In this document: piece after piece, positions 1 to 7,674 of the stretch
How the letters are laid out: each line of letters opens with the position of its first letter
Position numbering within the stretch: the stretch's first letter is position 1
Source of the DNA: an uncultured Rhodobacteraceae bacterium
GTDB taxonomy: Bacteria > Pseudomonadota > Alphaproteobacteria > Rhodobacterales > Rhodobacteraceae
Assembly: GCA_937895435.1 (NCBI GenBank)
Contig: CALAXT010000018.1
Coordinates: 3,216 to 67,215, forward strand
DNA length: 64,000 bases
Direction of reading: 5' to 3'
Notes under the pieces: generated by a model
What the model saw: the letters and a program-made list of their open reading frames with translations, nothing else
Told to the model about the DNA's origin: nothing
Databases searched by the model: none
Position numbers and translations under genes: made by a program

Positions 1-610
1 CCGACAGCGATCGGCCATTGCCCAGCTGTAAGAACACCGATGCTGTCGGGCCGGGTGAATTGCGCACAAACACCGACTTTTCCGGTAATGCCAGATGCAC
101 CCGAGCTGACAAAACCGAGTCAATCTCATTAATAGACCGCGCTAACTCAACCTCTTGGCTTTGTTTGAGGCGCATATTTTCGACCGAACGCGATGTACCC
201 AATGGCATATCGTTCAAACTTTCATAGCCATCAGGCGTAGAACTTGGCAAACCTTGGGCGGCCAGCGACATGCGCGAGCGGTGATAATCGGCGGCAGGCA
301 CCACAACCTCGCCAGTCGTCGGATCAAGCATCACCTCAATCCCACTGTTTTTCAAAGAGTCAACGACACGCGCCTTTTCAGATTCGGGCAATGACGCATA
401 AAGTGTTGTCATCTCGGGCTTTTGCAAAATGACATACACAATAATGGTGACAGCAACCGCAAGCAAAGCGACCAGCATCGGCAAAGACCGCTGCACACTG
501 GGCTGCGCATAAATTTGCATGACGTTCGACAGGACATTGCCGGACTTTGCCACGACAACACCACCCTTTGGGGCGGATCTTACTGCCGGGCTTTGGGTCT
601 GATCAACCAT
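1..610 (-). CDS. fliF: Flagellar MS-ring protein FliF, N-terminal part (runs off the left edge)
   Basis: Absent from the ORF track because it has no stop in the window. My reverse-complement translation from ATG 610-608 gives MVDQTQSPAVRSAPKGGVVVAKSGNVLSNVMQIYAQPSVQRSLPMLVALLAVAVTIIVYVILQKPEMTTLYASLPESEKARVV... This is an N-terminal TM helix followed by the periplasmic FliF/YscJ-like region. It lies 36 nt after fliE on the same strand. Confidence 0.8.
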   Translation of the reverse strand, partial: MVDQTQSPAVRSAPKGGVVVAKSGNVLSNVMQIYAQPSVQRSLPMLVALLAVAVTIIVYVILQKPEMTTLYASLPESEKARVVDSLKNSGIEVMLDPTTGEVVVPAADYHRSRMSLAAQGLPSSTPDGYESLNDMPLGTSRSVENMRLKQSQEVELARSINEIDSVLSARVHLALPEKSVFVRNSPGPTASVFLQLGNGRSLS

Positions 611-646
611 GCACGTCGCTCCAATTCACACGTCGTTTTGTTACCG

Positions 647-982
647 TCAAACCGGCATGCTCATGATGTCTTTATAGGCGCTCAGCGCTTTGTTGCGGAC
701 GTTCAGCGCCAGCTGAAACCCGATCGAGGCAACCTGTTGGCTGGCCATGACCTTGGCCAAGTCATCCTCACGCCCCAATTCATAAGCTTTGGTCAGATCG
801 GCCGCACCGTTTTGCGCACCCGCAACCTGCTGCAGGGAATCGGCAATACGATCCCCAAACGATTGGGTGGACTCTGGATTGCCAAAGGCACTTTGGGCGG
901 CATCAAGCTTTTGATTGGCCCGCATCATGACGTCTTTATGTGAAACGCCAAGGCTTGCGGATACTGAAGAAACGGTGGTCAT
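647..982 (-). CDS. fliE: Flagellar hook-basal body complex protein FliE
   Basis: 111 aa. The C-terminus ...QLALNVRNKALSAYKDIMSMPV matches the FliE signature (VRNK..AY.EIM.M). AGGAG lies 7 nt upstream of the ATG. Positioned between fleT and fliF. Confidence 0.9.
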   Translation of the reverse strand: MTTVSSVSASLGVSHKDVMMRANQKLDAAQSAFGNPESTQSFGDRIADSLQQVAGAQNGAADLTKAYELGREDDLAKVMASQQVASIGFQLALNVRNKALSAYKDIMSMPV

Positions 983-994
983 GGTCTAACTCCT

Positions 995-2158
995 TCAGAC
1001 AGCCTGACGGGCATAAAGTTGATCGCTGAGGGCGGCGGCCTGCTGGCCATGCCCACCTGCGGGAATATCCAAAATAATGTCGTCAGCGCAGATTTCGCCA
1101 TTGGCATGCAAAACCAATGCCCGTTGGACAACATTATCCAACTCGCGCACATTTCCCGGCCAGGCATGCGCCACCAATCGGTCAATCGCACCCTGCGAAA
1201 GCCAAGGTAACGTTGCCAAATCACTGTGATGGCGCAGCAAAAGCGCTGTGACGATCGGCAGAATATCCCCCACCCGCTCTGACAATGCATCCGTCATCAA
1301 GGGAAATACATTCAGCCGATAAAACAGATCTTCGCGAAACGTGCCACGCGCCACAGCCCCCGGCATATCGCGGTTTGACGTTGCAACCACCCGCACATTC
1401 ACCGCCACCGCCTTGGATGCACCAAGGGGCGTCACGGTACGTTCTTGCAAAACGCGCAGCAGTTTGGCCTGCAAGCCAAGCGGCATCTCAGAAATCTCAT
1501 CTAGCAGCAGCGTACCACCGTCGGCTGCGCGAAAAATCCCGACATTGGCGGCCGAGGCACCCGTAAAGGCACCCTTTTCATGGCCAAACAAAATTGCCTC
1601 CAGCATATTTTCTGGAATTGCCGCGCAGTTAATCGCAACAAATGGCCCAGTTGATCGGGTCGACCGATCATGCACGAATTGCGACAGCACCTCTTTGCCA
1701 GTACCCGTGGGGCCGTTAATAAACACCGTCACCTCTGAGCGGGCAACACGCTCAGCGACCTCTAGCAATCGCGTCGATTTCGCATCGCAGGCGATAGCTT
1801 GACGCGGGCCACCGATCAGCGCCGCAGCCAGCTGGGCACCAAAATCAAACTCGGGTGACACCGCCGCCATTTGGCGCGGCAAGGCCAAGCGGATCAGCTT
1901 GCCCCCCATTTCACTAACAACCGCAAAGGCAGGCGCCGCCTCATCAACAACCAAAATCGCACGCATGCGGGCCGTGCGGGCTGCGGCCACCAAACCGGGC
2001 GCCCCCCCCAATTTTTCTTCAAATGCTTTGGAACAAACAAAAAACCCGCCCTCTTTCGCATCGGCCGATGGCTTTGTCGCAATCCGACGCAGGCCAAGGA
2101 TGCGCTCAAGGCGGGCGGCCCCCTCATACGCATCAGGCTGAATAAAGACGTGCGACAT
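995..2158 (-). CDS. fleT: Sigma-54-dependent activator lacking a DNA-binding domain (FleT-like)
   Basis: 387 aa with an AAA+ bEBP core: GPTGTGKEV (Walker A), HEKGAFTGA (GAFTGA loop), LLLDEISE (Walker B), GNVRELDN. It has a ~130-aa N-terminal domain but ends ~40 aa after the AAA+ module with no Fis-type HTH. It is the first gene of an operon with fliE-fliF, the arrangement reported for R. sphaeroides fleT. Confidence 0.8.
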   Translation of the reverse strand: MSHVFIQPDAYEGAARLERILGLRRIATKPSADAKEGGFFVCSKAFEEKLGGAPGLVAAARTARMRAILVVDEAAPAFAVVSEMGGKLIRLALPRQMAAVSPEFDFGAQLAAALIGGPRQAIACDAKSTRLLEVAERVARSEVTVFINGPTGTGKEVLSQFVHDRSTRSTGPFVAINCAAIPENMLEAILFGHEKGAFTGASAANVGIFRAADGGTLLLDEISEMPLGLQAKLLRVLQERTVTPLGASKAVAVNVRVVATSNRDMPGAVARGTFREDLFYRLNVFPLMTDALSERVGDILPIVTALLLRHHSDLATLPWLSQGAIDRLVAHAWPGNVRELDNVVQRALVLHANGEICADDIILDIPAGGHGQQAAALSDQLYARQAV

Positions 2159-2190
2159 CTGATCACTCCAAATCGATCAGATGCTAAAAG

Positions 2191-2205
2191 GCAAAATGCA
2201 GGCCA
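2191..2205 (-). promoter_or_regulatory. Sigma-54 promoter of the fleT-fliE-fliF operon
   Basis: The minus strand reads TGGCCTGCATTTTGC (GG-N10-GC spacing correct, TTGC -12 element). The -12 element lies ~33 nt upstream of the fleT ATG at 2158. Confidence 0.65.
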
Positions 2206-2490
2206 ATTTTGGATTTCCATCCAAAAAAATAATTTTTACTGTGGATAAATTCAACAGCCGCTAAAAAACTGGCCCTTACAGAAGTCACAACACACATAAA
2301 TTATAAAAAATACACGTATACACATTTTTCAACAAAGCCTTTATGCATACACCATGCCATATTTAAAAATATTATTGTTTTTTTATTTTTTTCAAATTCC
2401 AACAAAAATTTGACGGCCGATCAATTTTTAGGTTAGAGAAAGACAGGTTTTTGACACCAACCATTCAATTCCCCAAAAGGGCCCTTTTCG
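2206..2490. promoter_or_regulatory. AT-rich divergent control region between the fleT operon and fleQ
   Basis: The most AT-rich stretch of the window, with long A/T tracts (aaaaaaataattttta; tgtttttttatttttttcaaatt). No ORF. It lies upstream of the sigma-54 promoter, where an enhancer (UAS) or bending site would be expected. A weak sigma-70-like TTGACG-N17-TTAGAG (2410-2438) precedes fleQ. Confidence 0.5.
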
Positions 2491-3597
2491 ATGACCACAG
2501 AGCTTATGGCACACATCGAAAAGATCATTGTTGGAACATCGCGCCCAGCTGCCGAAATGAAGCGTCTTTTGGCGCTTGTTGCGAAATCTGACACCACTGT
2601 TTTGGCACAAGGCCCGACCGGATCGGGCAAAGAGCTTATTGCGCGCGCTTTGCATCAGGCGTCCGGGCGCAAGGGGCGGTTGATTTCGGTGAATTGCGCG
2701 GCAATTCCGGCCGAACTTCTGGAATCAGAACTGTTTGGCTATGAACGCGGCGCCTTTACAGGTGCCGACAAGCGCCGCCCCGGTCGCGTTGAAGAAGCCC
2801 ATGGTGGCACGCTTTTTTTGGATGAAGTCGGCGATATGCCGCTGCTGCTGCAATCAAAGCTGTTGCGCGTGTTGGAAAACCGAACGGTTCAGCGGGTCGG
2901 CAGCGGCGACGAAATCGCAGTGAACTTTCGGCTTGTCTGCGCAACCCACCAATCGCTTGATCAAAAGGTTGATGCCGGCCTGTTTCGCGCCGATCTTTTC
3001 TATCGCATCAATGTCTTTGCGGTCGATGTGCCATCACTTTCTGAACGGCGTGCGGATATTCCGCTTATTTTAGACGCGTTGGTGAACGCACGCGCCGAAA
3101 GCGCACCACATTTGCCGCGGCCGCAGTTTGACATCACGGCATTGCACGCGCTGGCGGCCCATGACTGGCCAGGAAACGTGCGCGAGTTGCGCAATGTGCT
3201 GGATCGCGCACAGGTGCTGTTCCCAGACACGCCGATCACGGGCGCACATGTGAATGAAAACCTGCTGCGCTTACGCGCCCCGCGCGCCACGGCGGCCGAA
3301 GAACAGGCCGCGATCTGGGAGACCGTCGGGGAATTGGCCCAAGATCTGGATATGGCATCCGATGAACATAACGATCAGGGTATTAACTTTAACCCAAAAA
3401 GATACCGCAATTGGTTCGATCATAACGACCAAATTGACCTGCGCCAGCATTTGCGTGATGTCGAAGCCGAGCTGGTGCGGGCGGCGCTTGAACGCTCGGG
3501 CGGAATGGTAAGCCGCGCCGCAGATTTGTTGACGTTGCGTCGCACAACGCTGATTGAAAAGATGCGCAAGTTGGAAATTGAAAGCGGTGCAGATTAA
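2491..3597 (+). CDS. fleQ: Sigma-54-dependent activator with C-terminal HTH and no N-terminal regulatory domain (FleQ-like master regulator)
   Basis: 368 aa. The AAA+ core begins almost at the N-terminus ([34 protein letters not shown]). C-terminal Fis-type HTH: [23 protein letters not shown]. An alternative start exists at ATG 2506. Confidence 0.8.
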   Translation: MTTELMAHIEKIIVGTSRPAAEMKRLLALVAKSDTTVLAQGPTGSGKELIARALHQASGRKGRLISVNCAAIPAELLESELFGYERGAFTGADKRRPGRVEEAHGGTLFLDEVGDMPLLLQSKLLRVLENRTVQRVGSGDEIAVNFRLVCATHQSLDQKVDAGLFRADLFYRINVFAVDVPSLSERRADIPLILDALVNARAESAPHLPRPQFDITALHALAAHDWPGNVRELRNVLDRAQVLFPDTPITGAHVNENLLRLRAPRATAAEEQAAIWETVGELAQDLDMASDEHNDQGINFNPKRYRNWFDHNDQIDLRQHLRDVEAELVRAALERSGGMVSRAADLLTLRRTTLIEKMRKLEIESGAD

Positions 3598-3606
3598 CTT
3601 GCGCCG

Positions 3607-3924
3607 CTAGACCGCTTTTAAATATCCACGCCATGCCACCAATTGCCGCCCCGTTAAAGCCGACAGCTTATCCATGCGGGCCTGCAACTGTTGTTCAAGA
3701 TCGTTTGAATCCTGCTGCAACAGCTGCAATTGGGCCACAGCGTCCAACGGCAGTGCCTGTTTTGGAATATTCTCCAAAAGGCGGCGCCGCTCAGCATCAG
3801 CGAGCGCCGCGGTTTTATAATCTTCGGCCATGATCGCATCGCGCAACTGTGCCTGGGCCGCGCCAAGCGCAACAATCACATCACCCAGACCCAAAGCGTT
3901 TTGTGACCCATCGGAAACTGTCAT
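3607..3924 (-). CDS. Small all-helical protein, FliT-like flagellar export chaperone candidate
   Basis: Start moved to ATG 3924 (GGGAG 6 nt upstream). 105 aa. The C-terminal ...QQLQARMDKLSALTGRQLVAWRGY parallels my recollection of Salmonella FliT ...[25 protein letters not shown]. It sits in a flagellar late-gene neighbourhood. Confidence 0.45.
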   Translation of the reverse strand: MTVSDGSQNALGLGDVIVALGAAQAQLRDAIMAEDYKTAALADAERRRLLENIPKQALPLDAVAQLQLLQQDSNDLEQQLQARMDKLSALTGRQLVAWRGYLKAV

Positions 3925-3999
3925 TACAAACTCCCATTCCTTCGGCCCTGCTGAAAGCAACAATTGCCTGCAATAGGGTTATCTGATATCAACTCCAAT

Positions 4000-4368
4000 A
4001 TGCAGATTACAAGCAGCCCCGATGTTGGTAATTATCTCGGCCTGCCAATGGTCGACCCGGCCGCCCCTGTGATGGGGATGCCCAGCGCCGCATTTTCTAA
4101 TTATTCCAATCAAAAAATGCTGCCAACAGCTGTTGATCCTGCATCAAACACGGCGTGGCCAGCGCCGCGCAATCGTTTTTTTACGCAGGACCGAATCTAT
4201 AATCCCGATTCCTCACCTGCCGCCATCACAACAGAAAACGCACTGGCAGCGCGCGCATTGATCGCACCGCAATTTATGCATAATATAGCACGCACAAAAA
4301 TGGCGCAGATTTCGAACATGTTCCGCGATATGCCAAACTTTGGCCGCGCGTTGAACGTGCTTGCGTAA
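4000..4368 (+). CDS. Hypothetical Pro/Ala/Asn-rich protein (disordered N-terminus, helical C-terminus)
   Basis: The only ORF >=60 aa in any frame across this ~400-nt interval. MQITSSPDVGNYLGLPMVDPAAPVMGMPSAAF...IARTKMAQISNMFRDMPNFGRALNVLA. No convincing SD at ATG 4000 or TTG 3964. Its stop is only 8 nt from the convergent neighbour. Confidence 0.35.
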   Translation: MQITSSPDVGNYLGLPMVDPAAPVMGMPSAAFSNYSNQKMLPTAVDPASNTAWPAPRNRFFTQDRIYNPDSSPAAITTENALAARALIAPQFMHNIARTKMAQISNMFRDMPNFGRALNVLA

Positions 4369-4376
4369 TCTAGCCT

Positions 4377-4859
4377 TTAGATACCGTCAAAAACCGATAC
4401 TTCTTCACCCATAAGTGAGGCAAACCAATCCAGATCGGCAACATTTTGTAATTGCCAGTCCTTTGGCGCTGCAAGACTGGGCGTTGCACGCAGTGTAAAG
4501 ACGAACGCCCGGAAGGTTTTAACAATCTCTTCGACAGGTACTTCTTCTCTGACAGGATCTAGAGCTGTGCGAAACATCGTACGAAATTTTCGCGGCTTTC
4601 CTGGACGCTCTTGCGTCACACGATTGTGACAAAAGCTTTGCGCCAAACCTGTGAAATCTTCATGCTCTATTTCCGCAACGAACTGCAGCATTTCAACAGC
4701 AATACGTTTGAGTTTTTCTTCGCTCGTATCTTCGTAATATTCCAGCATACGCTCAGAATATTTCGTACAAAACACCTCAATAGGCAAAGAACCACTGACG
4801 TAGCGTTTGGCAATTTCCGCACCAGCCACACCCAAAAGCCAATCCGGACAAAATACCAT
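4377..4859 (-). CDS. Hypothetical acidic cytoplasmic protein co-transcribed with fliS
   Basis: 160 aa, 51 nt downstream of fliS on the same strand with no promoter or terminator signal between. No TM or signal peptide and no motif I recognise. AT-richer than the flanking flagellar genes. Confidence 0.55.
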   Translation of the reverse strand: MVFCPDWLLGVAGAEIAKRYVSGSLPIEVFCTKYSERMLEYYEDTSEEKLKRIAVEMLQFVAEIEHEDFTGLAQSFCHNRVTQERPGKPRKFRTMFRTALDPVREEVPVEEIVKTFRAFVFTLRATPSLAAPKDWQLQNVADLDWFASLMGEEVSVFDGI

Positions 4860-4910
4860 TTCCTACTGCACCCTGTTAATTAGCGATTTCACCAAACGTC
4901 TTCAAATCGC

Positions 4911-5285
4911 TTAGCGAATAGATGACCACGCGTCAATAATATCACCCATCACAATGCAGCACGTCTCTAAGTCTCCGTCTCCACTTGATGCAAAGTCAGC
5001 CAGCAACTGCGCCCGACAGTATTCATAGATATTGAAAAGGTTTGTCGCAATCTCGCCACCCTTGTCAAAATCAAGGCTTGATTGAAGAATATAGATCGCA
5101 GTGAACACACGCGTCATGTGGTGGTTACGCTGCTCAGAGGCGAGGCTTTTGTTAAGCCGAAGCGCAACAAGGCTTTTGTTCAACTCTTTAAGCGTAATAA
5201 GAATCAACTCATGCGGATCCCCAATTTCAGAAATCGTCGATTCGGCACTTTTCTGGTACACTGAACGTGCGGCCAACATATTCAT
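4911..5285 (-). CDS. fliS: Flagellar export chaperone FliS
   Basis: Start set at ATG 5285 (AAGGGAG 9 nt upstream; the sigma-28 promoter lies inside the longer track ORF). Sequence MNMLAARSVYQKSAES...PHELILITL...FTAIYILQSSLDFDKGGEIATNLFNIYEYCRAQLL fits the FliS four-helix-bundle pattern. Confidence 0.85.
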   Translation of the reverse strand: MNMLAARSVYQKSAESTISEIGDPHELILITLKELNKSLVALRLNKSLASEQRNHHMTRVFTAIYILQSSLDFDKGGEIATNLFNIYEYCRAQLLADFASSGDGDLETCCIVMGDIIDAWSSIR

Positions 5286-5341
5286 TTTCGGCGACTCCCT
5301 TAAGATAAAACTGTGAGTGACCAAAACCGCCACCTGATTCT

Positions 5342-5368
5342 TTAACGGCCCATGACAACATTCCTTTA
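5342..5368 (-). promoter_or_regulatory. Sigma-28 (FliA) promoter of fliS
   Basis: The minus strand reads TAAA-GGAATGTTGTCATGG-GCCGTTAA, against the consensus TAAA-N15-GCCGATAA (one mismatch, exact spacing). The -10 element ends ~57 nt upstream of the fliS ATG. Confidence 0.65.
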
Positions 5369-5479
5369 GGACTCAGATGACAAAACTTATCTGGTGGCCG
5401 CACGAATTGTGCCCACCGAAGTTTCGTTTGGCTTTACGTATTTGTCGTTGGGCCGTAATATGAACAGAAGAATAAGGAC

Positions 5480-5872
5480 ATGAAGATGTCGAACAGCTCA
5501 TCAAATGCGCTTGTGCCTGTGGCACATATGGCCCTTCCGTCTGGGGGAAGGGTCAGTCAATCAGATAAATTTGAATTGGTTCAGGAAGAGGTGATTCTTC
5601 ACACACGCGAAGAAGTGCGCAACCAACTGCCCGATATTTTGGGGCGTGCGCTGGCCCGAATTTGGATTGACCCAGATTTTCATGCCCGGTTTGCATCAGA
5701 CCCAAAGACTGAATTGGCACGGCATGGCGTTTTGATGCCTGAAAACATGTCTATTGAATATACCGCTTCAAATTCTGATCGGCCCAAAATTGTCGTTTTT
5801 GAAATGGCGCCTGGGTCAAAGTTTCGGATGCGAGTCTTTTATCTGCAACTGGTCATGATGGCAGGACGATAA
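5480..5872 (+). CDS. Small protein with a nitrile-hydratase-alpha / NHLP-leader-like segment
   Basis: 130 aa (128 if ATG 5486, which has AGGA 7 nt upstream). The core ...ILGRALARIWIDPDFHARFASDPKTELARHGVLMPENMSIEY... resembles the helical N-terminal region of NHase alpha subunits and NHLP-type RiPP leaders. It has no CxLCSC metal site, no Cys, no GG cleavage motif and no signal peptide. Confidence 0.6.
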   Translation: MKMSNSSSNALVPVAHMALPSGGRVSQSDKFELVQEEVILHTREEVRNQLPDILGRALARIWIDPDFHARFASDPKTELARHGVLMPENMSIEYTASNSDRPKIVVFEMAPGSKFRMRVFYLQLVMMAGR

Positions 5873-5873
5873 T

Positions 5874-6503
5874 TTGAAAACTCACTCGATTCTGGCGGTG
5901 GCGCTCGGCTTGGCTTTGACCTTGCCCACAGATGCCCACGCCCAGACAGCCAGCCCGTTTTCGCAAGCAGTGCAGGCTACACGGGAAAAGCGCTATGATG
6001 AGGCTGTAGCGCTTTTTCGTAACTTGGCTGAAGCATCCGACCATGAGGCACAATATAATTTGGCCGTATTACTTAAATCAGGGCGTGGGGTGCCCCAAGA
6101 TTACCTGAATGCACTTATTTGGGCATGGCAGGCGCAATTGGGTGGCATAAACAGGGCTGCCGGTCTGGCAGATGAGTTGTTTCAGCTTCTACCAGAGACC
6201 ACGCAACAAACTGCGCGTAAAAAAGTGGCGCAAAGCCTGCAATCACGTTTGGATGCAGGCGATCGTGATGCGATTGCGGAATTTGCAGAATTTAATTTAA
6301 CCTTGATGGCAGAGCCGGATTATGGCGCAGCCTATATGTGGTATTCGATCGGCAGCGCCCTGAATATAAACGGCGCCGAGCAAGCCCGCGATGCCGCCGC
6401 AGCCAGCATGACACAAGAAGATATTGCCACACTGCAAGCCAAGACAGGCACGTTGTTTTCAGAAAAAGGCTTGGCGCAAAGATTTAAAGTGCCCACAAAG
6501 TAA
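5874..6503 (+). CDS. Secreted Sel1-like-repeat protein (MotX-like candidate)
   Basis: TTG start 1 nt after the upstream stop, with AGGA 7 nt upstream (translational coupling). Signal peptide MKTHSILAVALGLALTLPTDAHA/Q. Sel1 repeat HEAQYNLAVLLKSGRGVPQDYLNALIWAWQAQ and a terminal AAYMWYSIGSAL...MTQEDIATLQAK. 209 aa, about the size of Vibrio MotX, which I recall as a periplasmic SLR protein of ~211 aa. Confidence 0.6.
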   Translation: MKTHSILAVALGLALTLPTDAHAQTASPFSQAVQATREKRYDEAVALFRNLAEASDHEAQYNLAVLLKSGRGVPQDYLNALIWAWQAQLGGINRAAGLADELFQLLPETTQQTARKKVAQSLQSRLDAGDRDAIAEFAEFNLTLMAEPDYGAAYMWYSIGSALNINGAEQARDAAAASMTQEDIATLQAKTGTLFSEKGLAQRFKVPTK

Positions 6504-6511
6504 TCCACAGA

Positions 6512-6991
6512 TCACCCACCGACAGATTTCACAGCCTTGCGGCGGCGGGCATTTGCCCGCAACATCGCTTGCGCCTCGGCCAGTGAAATACCGGCGATGG
6601 CGGCAATTTCTTCGACGTCATGACCTGTACGCACTAAATCTAGCGCGCGCCCCAGCGATTGCTCGGCAATATCCGTGGGGTTTGGGGGCGGCAAAAGATT
6701 GGTCACGGCTGGCGCGTGCTTTTCACCATTTACGGACTTTTCAATAGCGTCTAGCCTCTGGGCCAAACCAACCTGCAAAATCGCCATTCGCTTTACATCG
6801 GCCTCAATCCCCGACAGCATGCGCAACATCTGAGTTTGGGTTTCATCAATCTGCGGCAGAGGTGGTGCGGCCAAGCGAGCGGCGTTTTGCAGGGCGCGCC
6901 TGCGCAATGCTTTGGCCATAACAGCAATCAATGACAACAAAACAAGCGCAAGAAATCCAGCCAAAATGCTTGTTTCAACAGTCATCTGCAT
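6512..6991 (-). CDS. Single-pass membrane protein with a DUF2802-like C-terminal domain
   Basis: 159 aa. AGGAG lies 6 nt upstream of the ATG. N-terminal TM helix ILAGFLALVLLSLIAVMA followed by KALRRR. The C-terminal ...GRALDLVRTGHDVEEIAAIAGISLAEAQAMLRAN resembles the DUF2802 motif found next to flagellar/che genes in gammaproteobacteria. Confidence 0.5.
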   Translation of the reverse strand: MQMTVETSILAGFLALVLLSLIAVMAKALRRRALQNAARLAAPPLPQIDETQTQMLRMLSGIEADVKRMAILQVGLAQRLDAIEKSVNGEKHAPAVTNLLPPPNPTDIAEQSLGRALDLVRTGHDVEEIAAIAGISLAEAQAMLRANARRRKAVKSVGG

Positions 6992-7060
6992 GCCGCGCTC
7001 CTTTGGGCCCCACGAGATATAACACAGATTTTGGGCACAGCGCTACCAGCCCAACACCAA

Positions 7061-7330
7061 TTACGCGCCCCGATCTGCACCGCCATTTTGCATAAAATCG
7101 GCAAAGCCATTCCAGATGTCGGCACGCGCAGAAATTTTTTCACTTAAAACAACAAAAAGCTCGCGCAGATGCGCAAGCTTTTTTTCAGATTCGGGTATTT
7201 CACTAAAATCAGTTTTAGCCAAGTTTTCGATATCAAATTTCAACAGCTCACACTCTGCAGGAAACCGGCCCGCAGGGATGCTTTCTTCCAAAAGCGCGTT
7301 TAACCGGCCTTCAAGCTGCGCAAACACCAT
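7061..7330 (-). CDS. Small helical protein downstream of flgM (positional FlgN candidate)
   Basis: The track ORF starts at TTG 7372, overlapping the flgM end; the ATG at 7330 gives 89 aa. It occupies the flgN position of a flgA-flgM-flgN operon. Acidic and helical (MVFAQLEGRLNALLEES...KKLAHLRELFVVLSEKI). Family assignment is not verifiable by eye. Confidence 0.4.
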   Translation of the reverse strand: MVFAQLEGRLNALLEESIPAGRFPAECELLKFDIENLAKTDFSEIPESEKKLAHLRELFVVLSEKISARADIWNGFADFMQNGGADRGA

Positions 7331-7352
7331 CTCGGCCTGCGCAACTGCTGGC

Positions 7353-7652
7353 TTAGGCACGCAGATCGTCAAAGGCGGCCATCAAGCCTGCCACGATCTT
7401 ATCTGCATCCACAGGATAGGCCCCCTGCGCAATAGCAGAGCGGATGCGCACAACAGCTTCCATGTCCACTGGCGGTGTTTTATCGGCACCCGCGACCATG
7501 TCTTTGGTCGAAAGGCTTGTGATTTCAACACCAGCAGATGCGGCACCCACCTGAATGGGAGCGGCAGAAGATTGCTTTACCTCGACAGGTTTTGCCTCGG
7601 TAGGAAGGGGGCTGACCGCGCGGCCAGCCATATTTGAGATAGCGTCGACCAT
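7353..7652 (-). CDS. flgM: Anti-sigma-28 factor FlgM
   Basis: 99 aa. Disordered N-terminal part, and the C-terminal ...VVRIRSAIAQGAYPVDADKIVAGLM matches the FlgM signature (I..AI..G.Y.VD..KIA). AGGA lies 8 nt upstream. Follows flgA. Confidence 0.85.
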   Translation of the reverse strand: MVDAISNMAGRAVSPLPTEAKPVEVKQSSAAPIQVGAASAGVEITSLSTKDMVAGADKTPPVDMEAVVRIRSAIAQGAYPVDADKIVAGLMAAFDDLRA

Positions 7653-7674
7653 GATTGTGATCCTTTCAAGGTTA

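Noticed and set aside
2410-2438. GCCGATCA (a sigma-28 -10-like element) and TTGACG-N17-TTAGAG upstream of fleQ
   Set aside because: No TAAA lies at the required 15-nt spacing for sigma-28, and a master regulator under FliA control would be circular. The sigma-70-like match is weak, and -10 hexamers are poorly defined in this lineage. It is kept only as a note.
6992-7060. The sigma-54-like TGGTAGCGCTGTGCC on the minus strand upstream of the DUF2802-like gene
   Set aside because: The GG-N9-GC spacing is one base short. The gene is more simply read through from the flgN-like gene.
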